DNA from: a virus
Virus record (IMG/VR): IMGVR_UViG_3300045256_000058
Coordinates: 82,348-146,347 of that record
Length of the DNA: 64,000 nucleotides
Direction: 5' to 3' (one strand)
The number at the start of each line of letters is the position of its first letter. Position 1 is the stretch's first letter. Both the position numbers and the translations under genes were made by a program. The notes beneath the pieces were generated by a model that had not been told where the DNA came from, made no database searches, and saw only the letters and a program-made list of their open reading frames with translations. This document shows, in pieces, positions 58,269 to 64,000 of the stretch.

Positions 58269-58480
58269 GCAGTTCCTATAGTAGGGAGTGTAATTACTCT
58301 ACTACTACCATCTGTTCTACCAGTAGGTAAACCTGCACGCTTCTTAGCGACCAGCTCTACTTTCTTGTAACATTTCTTAGTAGGAGGTGGTTGCTTTGCG
58401 TATGCAGATTGAGGTATAATACTAGAAGCGTAGACCACCAATGACCCTACAATAAATAGGGCTTTGAGTTGAGTTCTCAT
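58265..58480 (-). CDS. Small secreted peptide
   Basis: Signal peptide ending 'AYA'; basic mature part. Confidence 0.55.
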   Translation of the reverse strand: MRTQLKALFIVGSLVVYASSIIPQSAYAKQPPPTKKCYKKVELVAKKRAGLPTGRTDGSSRVITLPTIGTA

Positions 58481-58820
58481 AATTAATCAAACATATAACA
58501 TTAATCCTACTGTAACACCAATAGTTTTCGGACATTGGTGTTTTTCTATAGTGATTGTTACACTTGACTAAACCATTAGTATAGGAGTTTTACCTATATG
58601 GTTGAAATAGCTTTAACTATGCCCCATCCACTGTATTCGGAAGGGGATATTTTGGTAGATAATTGCCGAGACTTAATTGTACGAGTAATTAAGTGTCAGT
58701 ATCATAGTACTTCTGTAGAGAAATATCATCAATGGTATGTATATGTTCAACCTCTTACAGAAAATTTAGAAGATGATACTTTCTTTAAGACTAAGTATTG
58801 GATAAGCGAAAAGTGCTTAA

Positions 58821-59879
58821 GTGCCAGAGAAGAATGATATGAAAGAGTTTGTTATCGGTGCTGAAATATTCACAAGATTGACTAGATTGTTTCTAGGTAT
58901 TGGTCATTGGGATTACGATTTAGTTATTTATAGCAACCGATACTATCTTGTTGTTTCTGAGAATAATTACGAATCATACGCATTCTTTGAAATCGATGAG
59001 CTTCAAGTAGAAAACTTTGATTATCCTTTGAAACTCCGTCTGAGTACGCAGTTCATTCAAACCTTTAGTTCTCTTGCAATTAAAAAACTATCGGAGGATA
59101 TTAGATTTGTTCTTAAGGGAAATATTATTGAAGTTATTTATGCCGACGAAGTATATGTTGAAACTTTAGTAATTTCAGCTATTGATGAAAATATAATTCA
59201 TCGTAATCAATACATCGAAGAGATTGAACTTTTAGAGCATATTAATACAATGCTAAAAGCGGCATCTTCATATTTGCAATACATAGACATCTATCAAGAT
59301 TTCATGTTCGGTTATTCCGAAGATAAGAGTATTGCAGTAATGTATGAGGACACTCCTCCGTTAGCTTATATGTATCGAATTACAAATCCTAAGCTCTTTT
59401 ATAGTCTGTACGGTAAACTCCTCACGAAAGATTCAATAATGTTTTTTTCTAACAGTATTTCGTTTACTTTTCCAATTAAACTATCAACTAAAGAGCTAGT
59501 AGTAATTCAAACAGGTTTCTTTTCGATAGAAAGATTATCAACTAGAGATGAGCAGTTTCTATCCTTACTTCGTACAGTAACTACGGATGGTATAAATCTC
59601 GATATTACTAAAGAAAAGGTAGAACATAAGCTTAAATACATTACTTCAAATGTAAAAAATAAAGAGATTAAAGCTAATAGTCTTGTAATGATTACCAATG
59701 ACTGTAAGCTAAACATTCAAGACTTTTCTAGATTGTTTAAGAGTGTTCCAGATATTCTAAGAGCCAAAATTCATAATCGTATCTTCTATCTGAAAACGAA
59801 TACTTTAAGCTATCTAATTTCTCTTTATTTTGAAGTATTAGCAGAAAAGGAAAATGTTCCTAATGGCAATTCAGATTAA
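58821..59879 (+). CDS. Hypothetical protein (size and position compatible with a sliding clamp)
   Basis: 352 aa, beta-rich, upstream of annealase and SSB; no diagnostic motif seen. Confidence 0.55.
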   Translation: MPEKNDMKEFVIGAEIFTRLTRLFLGIGHWDYDLVIYSNRYYLVVSENNYESYAFFEIDELQVENFDYPLKLRLSTQFIQTFSSLAIKKLSEDIRFVLKGNIIEVIYADEVYVETLVISAIDENIIHRNQYIEEIELLEHINTMLKAASSYLQYIDIYQDFMFGYSEDKSIAVMYEDTPPLAYMYRITNPKLFYSLYGKLLTKDSIMFFSNSISFTFPIKLSTKELVVIQTGFFSIERLSTRDEQFLSLLRTVTTDGINLDITKEKVEHKLKYITSNVKNKEIKANSLVMITNDCKLNIQDFSRLFKSVPDILRAKIHNRIFYLKTNTLSYLISLYFEVLAEKENVPNGNSD

Positions 59880-60048
59880 ATATACTCCCATGACTGAAGA
59901 TGAAGTAGAAAAAAGAATATACAAGATTGCGTGTGACATTATGGCGCAGCATGTTCTAACAACTCGACGCTTCGGTTATCTAATGGCATCTTTTGCAGTT
60001 TTACTATTCATCGCATTGTTTGTGCAAGATTTCTTCATACTACACCTA

Positions 60049-60077
60049 TTGCATTCCCAATAAGTTTAGCTTATAAT
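60049..60077 (+). promoter_or_regulatory. sigma70 promoter
   Basis: TTGCAT-17bp-TATAAT. Confidence 0.75.
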
Positions 60078-60119
60078 GATATAAGTGATAGATAAGGAAG
60101 TCTTAATAACACAACGCTT

Positions 60120-61001
60120 ATGGAAGGAAACATTATTGCTACAAACGATGCTCCTTGGAGTCTAGGAGTTTATGCTGGTGGTAGTCAATTGTACAGACCT
60201 CTTACAGTTGACCCAGTTAGATTCATGGAAGCATATAACCTAGATATTGAAGCTTATATTGAAAGAAATAAGTTTAGGGAAAACAATCAAGCTAAAGACG
60301 GTGGAGCTAAGAAAGAGATTTGGTATTTATCTCACTCCCATGCTTTACGTTTACTTAAGACTAAATTTCCTGAGCTTTCTGTTCAACTAATTGAAAACCC
60401 GGAAACTGGCGGCTTTATTTTTAAGGAAATCGACGGTAGAGGTTATTTTCTTAAAGGTTTTCTACATGATGGAGTGCGTAGAACACAAACATACTACTAT
60501 CCAGTACTAAGTAACTCTGGTCAAGCAGTATTACCGGATGATAGATACCCAGATAAGAAAGATAAGGAAACAGGTAAGGTGTATGCTCAAGGTAAATACA
60601 TGGCAGAGACACAACTGTTTTCCAAGTCTATCTGGCGTGGTGAAGTAAGATTTATTGCATTTGCAACTGGTATTGGATTAAAGCTGTGGACAGGAGATGA
60701 TTTGTCCTCAGATGTACAAGATGCAAAGATGGTAGTGATTGATAGAGTCTTTGAACTAGCAGAAGAATATAAAAAGTTATCTGGTGTAGCCTATGTGTTA
60801 CCTGAACTAAATTATATGACTCCGAGTGCTGAAATCAAAAAAGTAGGTACTGAGTTATCTCAAGCTGTCAAAGAACTAAGAAATAAGCCAGCTAATATTG
60901 TGGAAGATGTACCTTTAGTTACTTCTGAGCCTGAAATAGTGGATATTCCAGCAGTTGAAGAACCAACTAAACCATCTCGAAGCAAAAAAGCGGCAGCCTA
61001 A
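60120..61001 (+). CDS. Sak3/DUF1071-like ssDNA annealing protein
   Basis: 'YLSHSHA..LLK..FP', 'YPVL', 'KSIWR..V..IA..TGIGLKLW.G.DL'; directly upstream of SSB. Confidence 0.7.
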   Translation: MEGNIIATNDAPWSLGVYAGGSQLYRPLTVDPVRFMEAYNLDIEAYIERNKFRENNQAKDGGAKKEIWYLSHSHALRLLKTKFPELSVQLIENPETGGFIFKEIDGRGYFLKGFLHDGVRRTQTYYYPVLSNSGQAVLPDDRYPDKKDKETGKVYAQGKYMAETQLFSKSIWRGEVRFIAFATGIGLKLWTGDDLSSDVQDAKMVVIDRVFELAEEYKKLSGVAYVLPELNYMTPSAEIKKVGTELSQAVKELRNKPANIVEDVPLVTSEPEIVDIPAVEEPTKPSRSKKAAA

Positions 61002-61016
61002 TTATGGAGAATTATT

Positions 61017-61466
61017 ATGGCATTTAATTTATACTCCGGCTATGGAAGAATTGTTTCCGTCTCTTCCGGTTCAAGTGGAGAGGGTGACAACGCGAACTAT
61101 TACCTTCGGGTAACAGTGAACGTGTACACAGGTGAACGTAAGAAAGAGGATGACGAATACGCTCCTAGTGTCCTCATGCAGTTTACTTTGTGGAATAAGC
61201 GAGCGCAAGGGCTAGAACCTTATCTAGAACAAGGTAAGAACATTATCTTCTCAGGTAAGCTAGGTGTTCCTAATACCTATCTAACTGAAGATGGAGAACC
61301 AAGAGTATCTCTACGTCTTCATATGGTTGATGATGTAACTCTTACAGACAGAAAAGAAGATAGTGCAAAAGTTGAAGAAGAGGAAAAGCCAGCAGCTAAA
61401 TCAAGCTCGAAGACTTCGACAAAAGCGAAGGCTAAAGCTGACGAAGATGATGACTTTCCCTTTTAG
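61017..61466 (+). CDS. ssb: Single-stranded DNA-binding protein
   Basis: OB-fold 'GRI...LWNKRAQGLEPYLEQGKNIIFSGKL' and acidic tail DEDDDFPF. Confidence 0.9.
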   Translation: MAFNLYSGYGRIVSVSSGSSGEGDNANYYLRVTVNVYTGERKKEDDEYAPSVLMQFTLWNKRAQGLEPYLEQGKNIIFSGKLGVPNTYLTEDGEPRVSLRLHMVDDVTLTDRKEDSAKVEEEEKPAAKSSSKTSTKAKAKADEDDDFPF

Positions 61467-61544
61467 TTCCTACTAAGTGTGTAAAGACAGTGTGATTCGA
61501 ATAGGGGTATGTAATGTGCCCCTATTCTTCTTTAGGAGGTCGAT

Positions 61545-62021
61545 ATGCCAAGAACCAAAGGTAGTAAAAATATTGCAACGCTAATTAAAGAAGCAAAGAC
61601 TGATATAGAAAGAAATGAGCTAATCGAAGCTAATAAACATCTAAAATCAGTACAAAAACTAATAGGTAATATGCAGGTGGCTGTTCCAGTGGAAAGTACA
61701 GAGAAAAAGAAAAGAGGTCGTCCTAAAAAGAACGTAGAAGCGACACCTGTAGTATCCGTAGTATCAGTACCAGCAACTAAAGAAGTACCTGTTTCTACCC
61801 CAGGATTGGAAATCGATTTTGGTGTAAAGAGAGTACTTAGAGATACGAAACCAAATCCTAATCACAGTTATTACCAATATATTCATCCATGTAATTTACA
61901 TCTTAAGAACTATCACTACAAGTTCTATATTGTAAAAGATGGAAAGAATATTGAATCTAAAGCCTATGAGAATATTAAAGATTGTCATGCGGCAGTAAGA
62001 GAGCTAATTGAAGGTGTGTAG
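61545..62021 (+). CDS. AT-hook-containing DNA-binding protein
   Basis: 'MPRTKGSKN' and 'KKKRGRPKK'. Confidence 0.65.
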   Translation: MPRTKGSKNIATLIKEAKTDIERNELIEANKHLKSVQKLIGNMQVAVPVESTEKKKRGRPKKNVEATPVVSVVSVPATKEVPVSTPGLEIDFGVKRVLRDTKPNPNHSYYQYIHPCNLHLKNYHYKFYIVKDGKNIESKAYENIKDCHAAVRELIEGV

Positions 62022-62944
62022 ATGGCAACAATATTAGAAGACCTGACTCTCGATTACAAACCCTATTCGCTGTATCGTTTACCAGCAGAAAAATTAATTA
62101 CGAATACAGCTTTTTCAGATTCTTTTATAAGTTCGTTTACTGGTTCAGAGGAACAAATATCAGTAGTTGTAGACTTAAAAGAAAATGAAGTACAAATGAT
62201 TACACCAGCTACTTTTCTAGGTAGAAGTGCTTTTGCTTTCGATGGTGAGAATATGAAATATCTTAATCCGATTCGAAATAGCAGAGTGGTGGAAAAAGTA
62301 TTACTGTGTGCTAATTTCCAACAGTTTAATGATGATGACACAATTCAGTTAGATGGATTTATTGAATCGGAAGATTTTGATTTCGATGCTCACTTCAAAG
62401 CATTTAGATGTTTAATTAACGGTAATCTAACTAAATACACAAACTTACCTGCTACTATTCAAGACTTGTTTCTACCTTACTCAGGGTATAAACCAATTAA
62501 TACTTCACTTTCTACCAAGAATGAGGTAATAGTTTATATCGATAACGATGTATGTGTAGCTGAGATAGCAGATATAAGCCTATTTAATTTTTAACAATGA
62601 TAGTCCCTATAATTTTGGATGTTGATAACAAGACAACAATCGGTGAGTTACAAATTGGAGACGTATTCTCTCTTGAATCTATCTCTTTTATGCAAGAAGA
62701 TTATCAAGATGTGGCTTCAATGCTTTATGTTGTCTTAGAAAATTATGGTATTTGTACTTATGCTCCTCTAGGTAGAAATAAGTATAAGCAGATAATTTCG
62801 TGTGACGAGTCTCTACCAGTTTATCAAATGAGAATTGCCTCGCTGAATATAGACTCAGCCGCAATTCCATACTCTAGAGACACAGTAAATTTACTAATTA
62901 ATAGAAAGACCTATGACGACCTTACGAGTATTCAAACTGCATAA
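62022..62944 (+). other. Two hypothetical genes (62022-62594, 62597-62944)
   Basis: Consecutive + strand ORFs. Confidence 0.7.
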
Positions 62945-63335
62945 AGACGCAATTATCCCTTCGTATGTATATCCTGATGATTCAGGAATGGACTTATTTA
63001 GCGTAGAAGAAAAGTTTATTCCAATTGGAGGGGTAGAGAGAGTAAAAACGGGTATTAGTGTCGAAGTACCTGAAGGTCATGAAATTCAAGTAAGACCTAA
63101 ATCAGGTTTATCTTCTAAAGGACTAATGACTGTATTAGGCACGGTAGATGAGGGTTATCGAGGTGAGATAGAAGTTGTTCTATATAACTTTGACCTAAAT
63201 GCCGATTATGTAGTACACGTTGGTTCAAAGATTGGACAAATGGTAGTTGTACCCATTACTAGAGTGAATGTAGTTGATATGTCCACTGCTAGAGGTGCAA
63301 AAGGATTTGGTAGCACAGGACTTACGGCAGCATAG
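62913..63335 (+). CDS. dut: Trimeric dUTPase
   Basis: 'SGMDL', 'RPKSGL', 'GTVDEGYRGEI', 'KIGQMV', 'RGAKGFGSTG'. Confidence 0.95.
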   Translation: MTTLRVFKLHKDAIIPSYVYPDDSGMDLFSVEEKFIPIGGVERVKTGISVEVPEGHEIQVRPKSGLSSKGLMTVLGTVDEGYRGEIEVVLYNFDLNADYVVHVGSKIGQMVVVPITRVNVVDMSTARGAKGFGSTGLTAA

Positions 63336-63349
63336 CCAAGGAGATTATT

Positions 63350-63658
63350 ATGGCTACCCTAGAAGCACCCCCAGTTATGACTAAAGTTGGGGGAGTTGGA
63401 TGTAAACATTGCAAGTATTGGCAAGAATATAAGGATGATACGACTACTGAGTTACTTGGTGTAACTGGTAGCTGGGGTAGATGTACTAATCCGGCAGTAA
63501 ATAAAGTCGCAATGACTAAAGGTGAGGCTATTCTTGCTACTCATGAACGTGAAAAGATTCGAGTAATACGAGTACCAGAAATATCGACAATTGTTAGTAC
63601 GGCTGCTACTTGGGCTTGTCCTCACTTTGCAATGAAGAAAGAGGATATGAGAAAATGA
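63350..63658 (+). CDS. Cys-rich hypothetical protein
   Basis: 'CKHCKYW...GRC...CPHF'. Confidence 0.7.
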   Translation: MATLEAPPVMTKVGGVGCKHCKYWQEYKDDTTTELLGVTGSWGRCTNPAVNKVAMTKGEAILATHEREKIRVIRVPEISTIVSTAATWACPHFAMKKEDMRK

Positions 63659-63809
63659 GTCACTTAACTGATAGTCTTCTTCAATTATTTCTATGGGCAA
63701 AGGTACTAGAGATAGCATTTGCATCAGTATTTCTGATTTTGTTTATCTTGTTGTATGTTTACATAGCCATAGAAGAGAATAGACCTAGAAGAAAATAGGC
63801 AAAAATAAT

Positions 63810-64000
63810 ATGAGTAACTTAGTAGTTTGCGGTACAGGTCATAGACCTCAAAGACTAATAGGTGGCTGGAATGCATACTATATGCGAGAGCTAAAAAGAG
63901 TTACCGATTTAGCTATGTCTGCCCTTTTATATATAAAACCGGATATTGTAATTACCGGGATGGCACTAGGATGGGATAGTGGATTAGGATTCGGAGCATC
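63810..64000 (+). CDS. SLOG-superfamily (YspA/DUF1273-like) protein, truncated by the window end
   Basis: MSNLVVCGTGHRPQRLIGGW...VITGMALGWD. Confidence 0.85.
   Translation, partial: MSNLVVCGTGHRPQRLIGGWNAYYMRELKRVTDLAMSALLYIKPDIVITGMALGWDSGLGFGA

Overview
This 64-kb window is part of a large, AT-rich, tailed dsDNA phage genome. A nblA gene and a cyanobacterial-type pilin point to a phycobilisome-bearing cyanobacterial host. Bases 1-4.0 kb carry leftward packaging genes (N-terminus of the terminase large subunit, a probable small subunit). From about 4.3 kb almost everything reads rightward from sigma70-type promoters: a ~2-kb ORF-free, highly structured region (5.4-7.4 kb); a long run of small early/host-takeover genes (ArdC, MoxR AAA+/vWA pair, KTSC, CCA-adding enzyme, macrodomain, phosphatase, DenV-like, NblA, dNMP kinase); an RNA-rich region (27-58 kb) with 21 tRNAs lacking encoded CCA; and DNA-metabolism genes (Sak3-like annealase, SSB, dUTPase, SLOG). 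The best candidate for a new system is a DUF2828/Ro60(TROVE)-like vWA gene surrounded by small RNAs sharing a helix-UCAGCAA-linker-helix-A-rich motif. The motif occurs in four free-standing stem-loops and, circularly permuted, grafted onto two tRNA bodies, which resembles the Y RNA/YrlA design. Other notable elements are a tmRNA reduced to its tRNA-like domain, an RF1-type release factor with an in-frame UAG, a ~550-nt ornate RNA, and apparent GATC avoidance. All protein calls come from motif recognition and all RNA folds from manual pairing; no searches were run.
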